The position numbers were made by a program, and so were the translations under genes. A model generated the notes under the pieces. It saw only the letters and a program-made list of their open reading frames with translations. It searched no databases and had not been told where the DNA came from. A stretch of 34,372 bases of DNA from Minisyncoccota bacterium (GTDB lineage Bacteria; Patescibacteriota; Minisyncoccia; Phycocordibacterales; JBBDKB01): positions 6,821 to 41,192 of the forward strand of contig JBBDKB010000030.1 of assembly GCA_040879605.1 (NCBI GenBank), given 5' to 3'. This document shows positions 8,274 to 16,777 of this stretch, piece by piece (within the stretch, counting starts at the first letter, position 1; each line of letters starts with the position of its first letter).

Positions 8274-9534
8274 GAATTCTACTCACCGAGATTTCCTCAG
8301 GGTTCTCTGGGAAAGCTTGAGCCCAGAAAGGACGGACCACAACCTCTGCCCGTTCAATGCTTTGGTACCCAGAGAGGATGGTTGGAAGAGCTGCTTTGTC
8401 CTTTCCAGCTAAATCTTCCTTGAGCTGTGCTTCATCATAGTTCCATACGAGCCGTATCTCCCCTTCGAGAGAAACTGGAAGCTCATTCAAGGTCCACGGT
8501 CTCTCTGTCTCTCCAATCTCAATGCGGACAGAAAGCTCACTTGGATTGAGAATTTCTACCCGACCCCCATCGTAGCTTGCGAGCGTCTCTTGTGCTATGA
8601 ACCGAGCAAGTGCTTCTTTCTCAAAAAGTATACCGTGCAAAGTTCCTTTTTCTTCAACAAATGCATTATCTCCCTCTGATTCTCTCTGTGATGCCTCAAA
8701 CGTGTAATAGATACTCTCTTCAAAAAGATAGAAACTTTCCGGTTTCTCTGATTGTGCTGCGTTGCGAAGGTCATTCCGAAGAGTCTCCTGAAGCTCAGCG
8801 CGAGCCCTCGCTAACTCACCCTCCTCAACGCTTTTGCGCACCCCGATGAAACCCCCCGTCATTGATGTCTTTGAGCGCGCATAAAAATCTTCATATTGCT
8901 CTTTAAGTCCCGCGTCCTTAAACCCTGGCAACTTAAAATCTGCAAGGCCAATGTTATATTCTTCGCCAGGCTCATCGGCATATACGGTTACTTCAAGTGA
9001 ACCGGGGGCAATCTCTCCGTCTTCTCTAGTAAATCCTGGTACGCTGATGGAGTCTCTTATTCGATACACCAGTCCTTCGGGCGTTTGGAAGCGAGTATTC
9101 CGTATCAACCTTTGGCTATCCGAGCTAAACGAGTTGAAGACCACAATTTTCCCAGACGCACGCTCTTCAACATCCTCCTCGCCTGTCGCCCTAACTTCTT
9201 TCGTCTCGGTTCTCTCAAGCGAAATGGTCTGATAGGAAAGTTTGCGATCGCCTCCATTTTTTTGAGCACTGAAAGTGCCATTTACAAACGTAGTCGCCTG
9301 CTTTGGATGCACCGAGATGCGTGCGTCTCCAAAGAAAAATGAAAGCAAGAACCCAAAAAGTGCAACTCCAAGAAGAATTCCTCCCCAGATCTTCCAATTT
9401 TGAAAAATCCCTCCTCCTCTTTTTTTTCTTTCTCTCTCTACTTCTCTTACTTGTGTTTGAGAGGTCGCGCTGCGCTTGCTTCTGCGCGGCCCATCACCTG
9501 GTGTAAGTATATCGTGTAGCGGCTTCCTATCCAT
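8266..9534 (-). CDS. Membrane-anchored hypothetical protein with a baseplate-J/gp47-like domain
   Basis: One N-terminal TM segment (WKIWGGILLGVALFGFLLSFFF). The segment ASGKIVVFN...TRFQTPEGLVYR...VTVYADEPGEEYNIG resembles baseplate-J-like proteins common in CPR (from recall, not searched). Confidence 0.6.
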   Translation of the reverse strand: MDRKPLHDILTPGDGPRRSKRSATSQTQVREVERERKKRGGGIFQNWKIWGGILLGVALFGFLLSFFFGDARISVHPKQATTFVNGTFSAQKNGGDRKLSYQTISLERTETKEVRATGEEDVEERASGKIVVFNSFSSDSQRLIRNTRFQTPEGLVYRIRDSISVPGFTREDGEIAPGSLEVTVYADEPGEEYNIGLADFKLPGFKDAGLKEQYEDFYARSKTSMTGGFIGVRKSVEEGELARARAELQETLRNDLRNAAQSEKPESFYLFEESIYYTFEASQRESEGDNAFVEEKGTLHGILFEKEALARFIAQETLASYDGGRVEILNPSELSVRIEIGETERPWTLNELPVSLEGEIRLVWNYDEAQLKEDLAGKDKAALPTILSGYQSIERAEVVVRPFWAQAFPENPEEISVSRILD

Positions 9535-9540
9535 CCTTCT

Positions 9541-9549
9541 ATAGTAGCA
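9541..9549 (-). promoter_or_regulatory. Extended -10 promoter, leaderless
   Basis: Minus strand TGC-TACTAT, then 6 nt to ATG at 9534. Confidence 0.6.
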
Positions 9550-9557
9550 CCTTTGCC

Positions 9558-11306
9558 CTATTCAAGTACAGCCTTAATTCTGCGGATTCCTTGAGCAACT
9601 GCTTCTTCTTTCTTGATTTTGAAGGTCCCAAGCTCACTTGTGTTTTCCACATGCGGTCCACCGCAGAACTCAAGACTATATTGCTCTTCTCCTTTGCCAA
9701 TTCGATAAATCCGAACAGTGTCTCCGTAGCTTCCTTCAAAGAGTCCGAGCGCACCTGCTCTTTTGGCTTCTTCAAGCGGAACGTCTTCATAGGCCACTGG
9801 AAGTGCGGCTTTGATTTGTGAATTCACGATCTCTTCAACTTGAGCTTTCTCTTCATCGGTCATTTTTCTCTCGAAAGAAAAGTCAAAGCGAAGACGCTCT
9901 GGTATGATGTTGCTTCCTTTCTGCTCTACACTACTGCCAAGTACATCTTTGAGTGCCTGGTGAAGCAAATGTGTCGCCGTGTGATACTTAACTGACATCT
10001 CCGAGTGATCGGCGAGGCCTCCTTTGAATTTCTGCTCACCTCCTTTCCGTGAGAGTTCTTGGTGCTTCTTGAACACTTCCCTGGCACCCTCAACATCAGC
10101 TCTATCTCCGCGTTCCTCGGCAAGCTCTTGTGTCATCTCAAAAGGAAGTCCGTAGGTGGAAAAAAGCTTAAAAACAGTTTCTCCATCCAAATCACCCCTT
10201 ACTTTTTTAAATTCCTTGATACCGGTTGCAAGAGTTTTCCTGAATTGCTCCTCTTCTTGCTTGATCACTCGAGAGACTTCAGAGGTAAGCTCCGGATAGA
10301 CTTCTTTATACTGATCAATGACTCTTTGACTTAGCTTTGAAAGCGCTCCACTTTCAAGTCCAAGCATATCTCCATAGCGAACGGCTCGCCGAATAAGACG
10401 TCGCAGAATATATCCCTGATCTGTGTTTGAAGGCACAACACCATCGGCAACGATAAAAGTAGCGGTGCGGATGTGATCGGCAACAATTCTTTTTGCCTGG
10501 AGATTTTCATTAGTACCCGCCTCAAGTTCTTTCATCAGAGATAGAAAAAGATCAGTATCAAAAATGTTGTCAGTTCCCTGCATCACCATCGCAACACGCT
10601 CAAGACCCGCACCCGTATCTACATTTTTTTGAGAAAGCTTCCCGATTACCTTTCCGTCCTTTTTCTCGTACTCCATGAAGACATCGTTCCAAATCTCAAC
10701 CACTTTTTGATCATCATCAGCTTTAAGGAACTCTCCATGGCTTAAGTCTCCAAGCTTTCCCGTCACATCGTAAAACATCTCCGTATCTGGACCACACGGT
10801 CCATTTTCCCCAGGACTCCACCAGTTTGAATCTTTGCCGAGAAAATAAATCCTGTGCTCTCTAATACCAAGCGACATCCAGATTTCTTTTGACTCATCAT
10901 CCCGAGGAGCATCTTCATCTCCCTCGAAGCAGGTAATATAGAGCCGCTCTGGATTAAGACCGAGCCCCTCTTCTTTACTTGTCAGAAATTCATAGCTCCA
11001 CGTAATTGCTTCTTTTTTGAAGTAATCTCCAAGTGACCAGTTGCCCATCATTTCAAAAAAAGTGTCGTGTGTTTTGTCCCCCACTTCTTCAATGTCTTGC
11101 GTTCGTACACACTTTTGAATGCTTGCGATTCGCTTCCCTTTCGGATGCGGTTTCCCCATAAGATAGGGCACAAGCGGCTGCATGCCGGCAGTCGTAAAGA
11201 GCACGGATGCATCATCCTTCGGCACAAGAGAAGCTGAAGGAACTACCGCGTGTCCTCGCTTTTCAAAAAAATCTAAGAAACGCTTTCTTATTTCAGGTGA
11301 GTTCAT
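9558..11306 (-). CDS. alaS: Alanine--tRNA ligase (short, lacking the C-Ala domain)
   Basis: LFTTAGMQP, HDTFFEMMGNWS, EIWNDVF and DTGAGLER; editing motifs HTATH and CGGPH; ends right after the editing domain at 582 aa. Confidence 0.98.
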   Translation of the reverse strand: MNSPEIRKRFLDFFEKRGHAVVPSASLVPKDDASVLFTTAGMQPLVPYLMGKPHPKGKRIASIQKCVRTQDIEEVGDKTHDTFFEMMGNWSLGDYFKKEAITWSYEFLTSKEEGLGLNPERLYITCFEGDEDAPRDDESKEIWMSLGIREHRIYFLGKDSNWWSPGENGPCGPDTEMFYDVTGKLGDLSHGEFLKADDDQKVVEIWNDVFMEYEKKDGKVIGKLSQKNVDTGAGLERVAMVMQGTDNIFDTDLFLSLMKELEAGTNENLQAKRIVADHIRTATFIVADGVVPSNTDQGYILRRLIRRAVRYGDMLGLESGALSKLSQRVIDQYKEVYPELTSEVSRVIKQEEEQFRKTLATGIKEFKKVRGDLDGETVFKLFSTYGLPFEMTQELAEERGDRADVEGAREVFKKHQELSRKGGEQKFKGGLADHSEMSVKYHTATHLLHQALKDVLGSSVEQKGSNIIPERLRFDFSFERKMTDEEKAQVEEIVNSQIKAALPVAYEDVPLEEAKRAGALGLFEGSYGDTVRIYRIGKGEEQYSLEFCGGPHVENTSELGTFKIKKEEAVAQGIRRIKAVLE

Positions 11307-11533
11307 AGAAGATTCGGAATATACCCAAAGTGCATTGCCTCAAGCAAAAAGCCGGCAAGAATGAGCAAAATGGCAAGAAATGCGATGTTGCGCTCTCGAA
11401 GCATCGCAGACATAACCTTCTTGTCAATTCCGTGTTCCTTAATCACGCGAAGATGCACCATAACAACCGCCACTCCAAGAAGCACTTCCCCAAGTGTTGT
11501 TAATAATAGTCCTAAAAAATGTATACTCATCAT
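11303..11533 (-). CDS. Small two-TM membrane protein
   Basis: 76 aa with two hydrophobic segments; ATGA overlap with the alaS start. Confidence 0.75.
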   Translation of the reverse strand: MMSIHFLGLLLTTLGEVLLGVAVVMVHLRVIKEHGIDKKVMSAMLRERNIAFLAILLILAGFLLEAMHFGYIPNLL

Positions 11534-11555
11534 ACTTAATTCTAACTCCTTGATT

Positions 11556-13517
11556 CTAACGCGCTCCTATGCCCTTAAGAAAGGCCTTATTATTTGGCTT
11601 GCGCCCCAAAAAGTCGGCAACGAGAGAGAGCTCTGGAGCGCTTGAACCTCTCTCGAGCACCTTTCTTCTCAACTCTTTCCCCACTTTCTTATTTCTTTTT
11701 CCTTTCTTCTCGAAGCGGGTAAAAAGGTCATACGCAAAAACTTCAGCCCACAAGTAACTGTAGTAGCCTGAGTCGTAGCCCCCCGCAATGTGCGCAAACC
11801 CAGCAAGCCTATTGTGATTAGCAGGAAGCGCAACGCCCGTGTACTTCTTTTGTAGGCTTCTGTAAAATGCATTTGGATTTGCTATTTTCTTTGTGTGGAG
11901 TTCAATATCAGTAAGTGCAAGAACCGCCGTTCTTCTTGCAGTGTAGGCGGCGCCATATGAGCGCGATTTAATAAGAGAACGAAGCATCCTCTCGGGAAGT
12001 TTCTTGCCGGTTTTGTAGTGGGAAGACATTCTCCTTATGGTTGTTTCATCCCAGGCCCAGTTTTCAAAAAGCTGTGAAGGAGTTTCAACAAAATCCCACG
12101 CAACGCTCGTTCCGGACTGTGTCGGATACTTCGCATCAGAAAGTACGTGATGCATTAGATGGCCGAATTCATGGAAAAGCGTCTCAATTTCCGAGTGACT
12201 CATGAGGGATGGATTCTTTTTGTTCGGGCGAGGGAAATTAGCCACCATAAAGGCGAGCGCCGGATGATAGCGCCTTCCACTTCTCTCAAGCTGACCGGTC
12301 TGCACCGGGGCAACCATTGCGTGGCCATATTTCCCTTTTCGCGGATAAAGATCAAGGCCGAAATATGAAAGAGTCTCGCCCTTCTTACTCTTCACTTCAT
12401 AAAGCTCAACACTCTCATGCCACATAGGAAACTCTTTTCGCTTCGCAAAAGATACATCAAAAAGTGAAGAGAAGAGCGAGAGCATCTCACCTTTGACCGA
12501 CTGGAGTGGGAAATACTCTTTAAGAAGATCCGAGTCAAGCTGAAATTTTTCTTTCCGCAGTTGCTTAAAATAATAAGAGAGATCATAGTAGCGAAGCGGC
12601 GCTCCTTTTACTCTTTCAAGCTCTTTCATTTCCTTCTCTGTAGCACTACGGGTGTTCTTCAGTATGTCACTTAAAAAGGAGCGGATGTTCTTCTCATTTT
12701 TTGCTGTCCGTAATTCAACACGTAAATCAGGATAACTTTTGTATCCTAAGATCTTAGCCTGTTCTTTCCTGAGCTCGAGAAGCTCTTTTAAAATTTTGAT
12801 GTTCTTCTCGCCTCCCTTTTGGAGATCTTTATCCATAAGTTCTTTTCGCTTCTTTGTACTTTTTGCACCTGAAAGGAAAGGAAAGAGATCCGGATATTGA
12901 AGCGTTACTTTATACTTTCCATTCTTTTCTTTTTTAAGATTGGAGATATATGAGTCAGGAAGGCCTTCAAGTTCTTCTTTTGTGACAAGAATAGAGTCTT
13001 CCCAGTCGTTTATTCTATTTTCAAATATATTGGAAAGTTCATACATCCTTTTGAGCTTTTTCATGAGCAGTGCCCGATCGCGCCTCGGCAAGCCAAAGCC
13101 CATTTGTCGGAACCCTTTGCCCATATCTTCAAAAAGTTTCTTCTCTTCCCCTTGAAGCACCTCGCCCCTCTCTGCATATTCACGATATGCCCTGTAGAGT
13201 TCTACATCGTACTCAAGATCAATAAGTGCTGAAGAAATTTTAACTTCCGCCTTGCGGGCCGCTTCTCGAGTCCCCCTCTTCGGATGCACTTGGCTAAGTA
13301 AGTGGATACGAGATCCTTTCTCTGGAAGACCCTGCGAAGAATACTCTACTGCTTCAATAGTATTTTCAAAAGTTCTCTCTTCCTTCGGTATCGCTTTAAT
13401 CGCATCGTATCGCTCCGCTTTGACGCTAACCAAATCATTAGCAAGCTTCTCTACTTCTTTGGCGGAGTAAGAAGTCCATACAAAATCTTTTTTTGTGAGT
13501 TTTTTTCGTGTATACAT
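11556..13517 (-). CDS. M3 family zinc metallopeptidase (thimet oligopeptidase/oligopeptidase A-like)
   Basis: TLFHEFGH zinc motif, DLYPRKGKYGHA, DFVETPSQLFENW and GYYSYLWAEV. Confidence 0.95.
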   Translation of the reverse strand: MYTRKKLTKKDFVWTSYSAKEVEKLANDLVSVKAERYDAIKAIPKEERTFENTIEAVEYSSQGLPEKGSRIHLLSQVHPKRGTREAARKAEVKISSALIDLEYDVELYRAYREYAERGEVLQGEEKKLFEDMGKGFRQMGFGLPRRDRALLMKKLKRMYELSNIFENRINDWEDSILVTKEELEGLPDSYISNLKKEKNGKYKVTLQYPDLFPFLSGAKSTKKRKELMDKDLQKGGEKNIKILKELLELRKEQAKILGYKSYPDLRVELRTAKNEKNIRSFLSDILKNTRSATEKEMKELERVKGAPLRYYDLSYYFKQLRKEKFQLDSDLLKEYFPLQSVKGEMLSLFSSLFDVSFAKRKEFPMWHESVELYEVKSKKGETLSYFGLDLYPRKGKYGHAMVAPVQTGQLERSGRRYHPALAFMVANFPRPNKKNPSLMSHSEIETLFHEFGHLMHHVLSDAKYPTQSGTSVAWDFVETPSQLFENWAWDETTIRRMSSHYKTGKKLPERMLRSLIKSRSYGAAYTARRTAVLALTDIELHTKKIANPNAFYRSLQKKYTGVALPANHNRLAGFAHIAGGYDSGYYSYLWAEVFAYDLFTRFEKKGKRNKKVGKELRRKVLERGSSAPELSLVADFLGRKPNNKAFLKGIGAR

Positions 13518-13940
13518 TTAGCGAAGTGAAATCAATACTGCCCCTCCCGCCATAAGAACTGCTCCGAGAGCCACCTTAAGACCAAATGATTCTCCAAGGA
13601 AGAGTGCTGCGAGTATAACAACAAACACGATAGAGAGTCTATCAATCGCAACAACCCCGCTTGCAAGACCATGCTTGAGCGCAAAGAAGTAGAAAAGCCA
13701 TGAGAGCGCTCCAGCAATGCCCGCAAGGATAATCAGGAGCCACTCACGTCCGGCAAGTGAGGAGAAGTGAAAGCCGTCAAACTTACCGAGCGCGAGGCTC
13801 ACTGAAATAAGTAAAAACACCATGACAATCGCGCGAATCGTCGTCGCAAGCGTGGTGTCGAGCTCTTTCAAACCAAGCTTTGCAAAAATTGCGACAAGTG
13901 CCGCAAAAAGAGCCGAGAGAAATGCGTAAAATATCCACAT
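13518..13940 (-). CDS. EamA/DMT family transporter (single repeat)
   Basis: Five hydrophobic helices; FAALVAIFAKLG, FYFFALKHG and LAALFLGE motifs. Confidence 0.88.
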   Translation of the reverse strand: MWIFYAFLSALFAALVAIFAKLGLKELDTTLATTIRAIVMVFLLISVSLALGKFDGFHFSSLAGREWLLIILAGIAGALSWLFYFFALKHGLASGVVAIDRLSIVFVVILAALFLGESFGLKVALGAVLMAGGAVLISLR

Positions 13941-13943
13941 AGA

Positions 13944-14501
13944 TTAGGAGCGGATGAACTCTTTATAACTTGCAAATGCAACCTGAAGCTCATCGGCCAT
14001 TTCTTTTGGAATGCGTGGAAGAAGATGATCAACAATTCTCTTGTATCCTAGAATACGCTCTTCCAGATTGCCAGGGAAGCATCTCGTCATCATCTCATGG
14101 GATTCTTTAAAATCTCTTCGAGCGGAGTCAAAGTTGTGCATCTTATCTGCCGCTGAAACATATGCGGCCCCATCTGGAGCAGACTTCAATGACTTAAGAT
14201 ATTCTTTTTTTTGCTCAAGCCACGTTCCGTTTTCAGGTTGGCTCACTCCTTCGACAAGAGCCCTTACGCTACTCCCAAAATCCTTCTCGAGCTCCTTGAA
14301 TGTGTAGTCGGTATCTTCAACTGTATCATGCAAAAGCCCCGCAATGAGTATATCTTCCTCGTCTGTGTAGTGAGAAAGAATAAGCATAACACTCACCGGG
14401 TGGGTGATGTATGGTACCTCATCTTTCCCTTTTCTCTTCTGGTCTTTATGAAGTGAGGCTGCCTTCTGGAGCGCTTTCTCTAGATTCGCTGTATGTCTCA
14501 T
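13944..14501 (-). CDS. HD-domain protein, SpoT/Mesh1-like small alarmone hydrolase family
   Basis: H-x-x-Q-x-R-K...PYITHP, AGLLHDTVEDT and ADKMHN match the RSH hydrolase domain; no synthetase domain. Confidence 0.85.
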   Translation of the reverse strand: MRHTANLEKALQKAASLHKDQKRKGKDEVPYITHPVSVMLILSHYTDEEDILIAGLLHDTVEDTDYTFKELEKDFGSSVRALVEGVSQPENGTWLEQKKEYLKSLKSAPDGAAYVSAADKMHNFDSARRDFKESHEMMTRCFPGNLEERILGYKRIVDHLLPRIPKEMADELQVAFASYKEFIRS

Positions 14502-15094
14502 ATAAACTGCTTAAGCACTTGAAAATCTTCTTTTAACGTATCCATGAGCGAGCGATTATAAATTGCGGCGGCTGGATGATACTGAGGCACAATCGCCACA
14601 TCACCGGATGGACCCACTGTTTTGTAAACTTTACCATGAGCAAAACTAATTGGTTCAATTTCAAGATCAAGATCGTACTTCTTCATAATGTACTGCATTG
14701 AGAAGCGCCCGAGCGTCGCGATTACATTCGGCTCCAGAACTTCTATTTGGCGGTCAAGAAAGGGGGCGTAGAGCTCAATTTCAGAAGGAGTCGGATCGCG
14801 GTTTTCAGGGGGCCTGTCTTTCACAATATTTGTGATGTACACGCTTTCCCGAGGCAAATTGATTGAGAGGAGAAGCTCATCAAGGAGCTTCCCCGCCGAG
14901 CCACAAAACGGCCTTCCTGTTTGCGCTTCGTTTTTCCCAGGTGCCTCTCCAATAAACATAATATTCGCGTCATGATTTCCCTCACCAACCACCGGAAAAT
15001 AGCCGTTCTCCGTTCGATACTGATAAAGCGGAGACTCTTTAAGAGCTATTATCTCATTCTTAATACTCTTCATCGCCTCATATTTGGCGCTCAT
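14498..15094 (-). CDS. Uracil-DNA glycosylase, family 4
   Basis: IGEAPG, GRPFCG, YITNIVKDRPPENRDP and YHPAA. Start reassigned to ATG at 15094, 6 nt after a -10 box. Confidence 0.92.
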   Translation of the reverse strand: MSAKYEAMKSIKNEIIALKESPLYQYRTENGYFPVVGEGNHDANIMFIGEAPGKNEAQTGRPFCGSAGKLLDELLLSINLPRESVYITNIVKDRPPENRDPTPSEIELYAPFLDRQIEVLEPNVIATLGRFSMQYIMKKYDLDLEIEPISFAHGKVYKTVGPSGDVAIVPQYHPAAAIYNRSLMDTLKEDFQVLKQFI

Positions 15095-15100
15095 AATGCG

Positions 15101-15109
15101 AGTATACCA
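15101..15109 (-). promoter_or_regulatory. Extended -10 promoter, leaderless
   Basis: Minus strand TGG-TATACT, then 6 nt to ATG at 15094. Confidence 0.7.
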
Positions 15110-15274
15110 TACGCCTGTCACAGGAAACGCCCAGCCACTCACGGTGCCTGGGCGTTGTTGGGTATCTCAACTACTTTCAAGAGCAGGCCATCAGGAAGCT
15201 CCTGGATGTCGAAAGGGGCGCCATCTTTCTCCCACCATTTTTTTCCTCTCCAGAGAACTGGAAACAGAGATAAG

Positions 15275-15308
15275 TATGAATAAACTCACGATCGTGAGTT
15301 TATTCATA
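15275..15308. repeat. Perfect 34-bp palindrome
   Basis: TATGAATAAACTCACGA|TCGTGAGTTTATTCATA. Confidence 0.95.
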
Positions 15309-15342
15309 TTGTGCTGATCCCTTCGAAACGCCCTGAGATCCA

Positions 15343-15375
15343 TCACCTGTGCAAAACCCGGTTTTGCACAGGTGA
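15343..15375. repeat. Perfect 16-bp inverted repeat with 1-nt spacer
   Basis: TCACCTGTGCAAAACC-C-GGTTTTGCACAGGTGA. Confidence 0.95.
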
Positions 15376-15386
15376 ACATTCATCCA

Positions 15387-15638
15387 CTAGTCAAGCGCGC
15401 CTTCTTCTTTAAGCAGACGTTCTTTTTCCCCTTGAAGGCCGTTGTACTTCCCCACTTTCCCATCAGAACGAATGACGCGATGGCATGGCACGCTCTTGTC
15501 AGTATTCCCCGCCATGATATTTCCAACTGCTCTTTGCGCTCCTGGAGCTCCTGCAAGTTCTGCTACTTGCTTATAGGAGAGCGTTTTCCCTTTCGGGATT
15601 TCGCGAACAATATTTTGTACTCTTTCCTTAAACTTCAT
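15387..15638 (-). CDS. Minimal O6-alkylguanine-DNA alkyltransferase (MGMT/Ogt C-terminal domain)
   Basis: IPKGKTLSY, RAVG and active-site PCHRV; 83 aa. Confidence 0.92.
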   Translation of the reverse strand: MKFKERVQNIVREIPKGKTLSYKQVAELAGAPGAQRAVGNIMAGNTDKSVPCHRVIRSDGKVGKYNGLQGEKERLLKEEGALD

Positions 15639-15660
15639 ACATGTTTTACACTCTCCTCCT

Positions 15661-15698
15661 AAAACATTCTATTATTCTGCAGAATAATAGAATGTTTT
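15661..15698. repeat. Perfect 38-bp palindrome (ATTCTGCAGAAT core family)
   Basis: AAAACATTCTATTATTCTG|CAGAATAATAGAATGTTTT. Confidence 0.95.
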
Positions 15699-15767
15699 TA
15701 TTTTATCTTGATTCAATATATCTGCCTCACTCTTTATTCTTGCCACTGTTCTTTTTAAAACCGTTTG

Positions 15768-15795
15768 AAAACCTTACGATATATCGTAAGGTTTT
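15768..15795. repeat. Perfect 28-bp palindrome (GATATATC core family)
   Basis: AAAACCTTACGATA|TATCGTAAGGTTTT. Confidence 0.95.
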
Positions 15796-15850
15796 TAGTA
15801 CCTAGTTCGATTCTGCATCATTTTTATTCGTATTTCTGTTCGCCACCTTT

Positions 15851-15872
15851 TTGTTATGATATATCATAACAA
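15851..15872. repeat. Perfect 22-bp palindrome (GATATATC core family)
   Basis: TTGTTATGATA|TATCATAACAA. Confidence 0.93.
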
Positions 15873-15944
15873 GTCCTTTCTCCTTATCCCTTTCCCCCTG
15901 ATTCCTGATTCCTCTTACTTCCTTGCCCCGGGGCACTCGCGGGG

Positions 15945-16712
15945 TTACTTCCCTTTTACTATTTCTTGAAGTTTCTTCCCGGCCGCTTCCCTATATGTGC
16001 AATACTCGCAGTTCTCTCCGATTTCTGGGATCGCGTTTCTCTCAAGTGTTCCGCGAGCCTCTATGAGTGTTCCTTCAATCCAATCATCGCTTCCCTCATA
16101 AGGAATGATGTCCATGTCGAATTCTAATTTAGCATCGAATACATCGAGGTCAGCTTTCCCATTGACGTACACAAAATAGGCAGTCGGATGCACGTCAAAC
16201 CCATTTTGTCTAAAAAGCCACTGATATACTTCCGCCTGGCGTTTATACGCCTGTTGCCAAAAGCCATCGAGATTTGGCTTTTCAATTTTACTCGTCGCTT
16301 TATAGTCAACAATGATAAGTTTTCCTTCTTTGTCTATCCACACGTCATCAATACCTCCCCGCACAAGAAAGTTTGTTGGTTTATGGTGGTATTGAATACC
16401 TCGCCGAAGCGCATCCCGCCATGCTTCAAGCTCTTCATGCTGATACGGCACGGCATCAATTCCATGTTCTTTGCACAAAGGGTGAACACTTTGCGCTTCT
16501 CGATGCACATCAAATTCCTTTTTCAAAAGCGTGTCAACAGCGTTATTGAGTGTAAAAGCAGGGAAAGAAGGTCGAGGAATTCCGTAACGTAGGTCTAAAT
16601 AGAAACACCGCGGACAATCAACAAATAAATCTATTTTGGAGCGCGAGATTTTGAATGGTTCCGAAGAGTTAGGATCAAAAAGCCCCCGCTGTCTCTTTTT
16701 GTAGGCTGGCAT
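15945..16712 (-). CDS. PD-(D/E)XK nuclease family protein (RecB/AddB/Cas4-like fold)
   Basis: ISRSKIDLFVDCPRCFY, GGIDD, IIVDYK, QAEVY and C-terminal CEYC. Start reassigned to ATG at 16712. Confidence 0.88.
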   Translation of the reverse strand: MPAYKKRQRGLFDPNSSEPFKISRSKIDLFVDCPRCFYLDLRYGIPRPSFPAFTLNNAVDTLLKKEFDVHREAQSVHPLCKEHGIDAVPYQHEELEAWRDALRRGIQYHHKPTNFLVRGGIDDVWIDKEGKLIIVDYKATSKIEKPNLDGFWQQAYKRQAEVYQWLFRQNGFDVHPTAYFVYVNGKADLDVFDAKLEFDMDIIPYEGSDDWIEGTLIEARGTLERNAIPEIGENCEYCTYREAAGKKLQEIVKGK

Positions 16713-16718
16713 AGTGAA

Positions 16719-16727
16719 AGTATAACA
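16719..16727 (-). promoter_or_regulatory. Extended -10 promoter, leaderless
   Basis: Minus strand TGT-TATACT, then 6 nt to ATG at 16712. Confidence 0.7.
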
Positions 16728-16760
16728 CAAAAGGAGAGCCTAGCAGCTCTCCTTTTGTGT
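16725..16760. terminator. Intrinsic terminator (symmetrical, possibly bidirectional)
   Basis: ACACAAAAGGAGAGC-CTAGCA-GCTCTCCTTTTGTGT; 15-bp stem with T-tracts on both strands. Confidence 0.8.
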
Positions 16761-16777
16761 TCCTATTTTTAAGTTTT

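Noticed and set aside
15275-15872. CRISPR array next to a Cas4-like gene
   Set aside because: The palindromes are not direct repeats of one sequence, the spacing is irregular, and there is no cas1/cas2.
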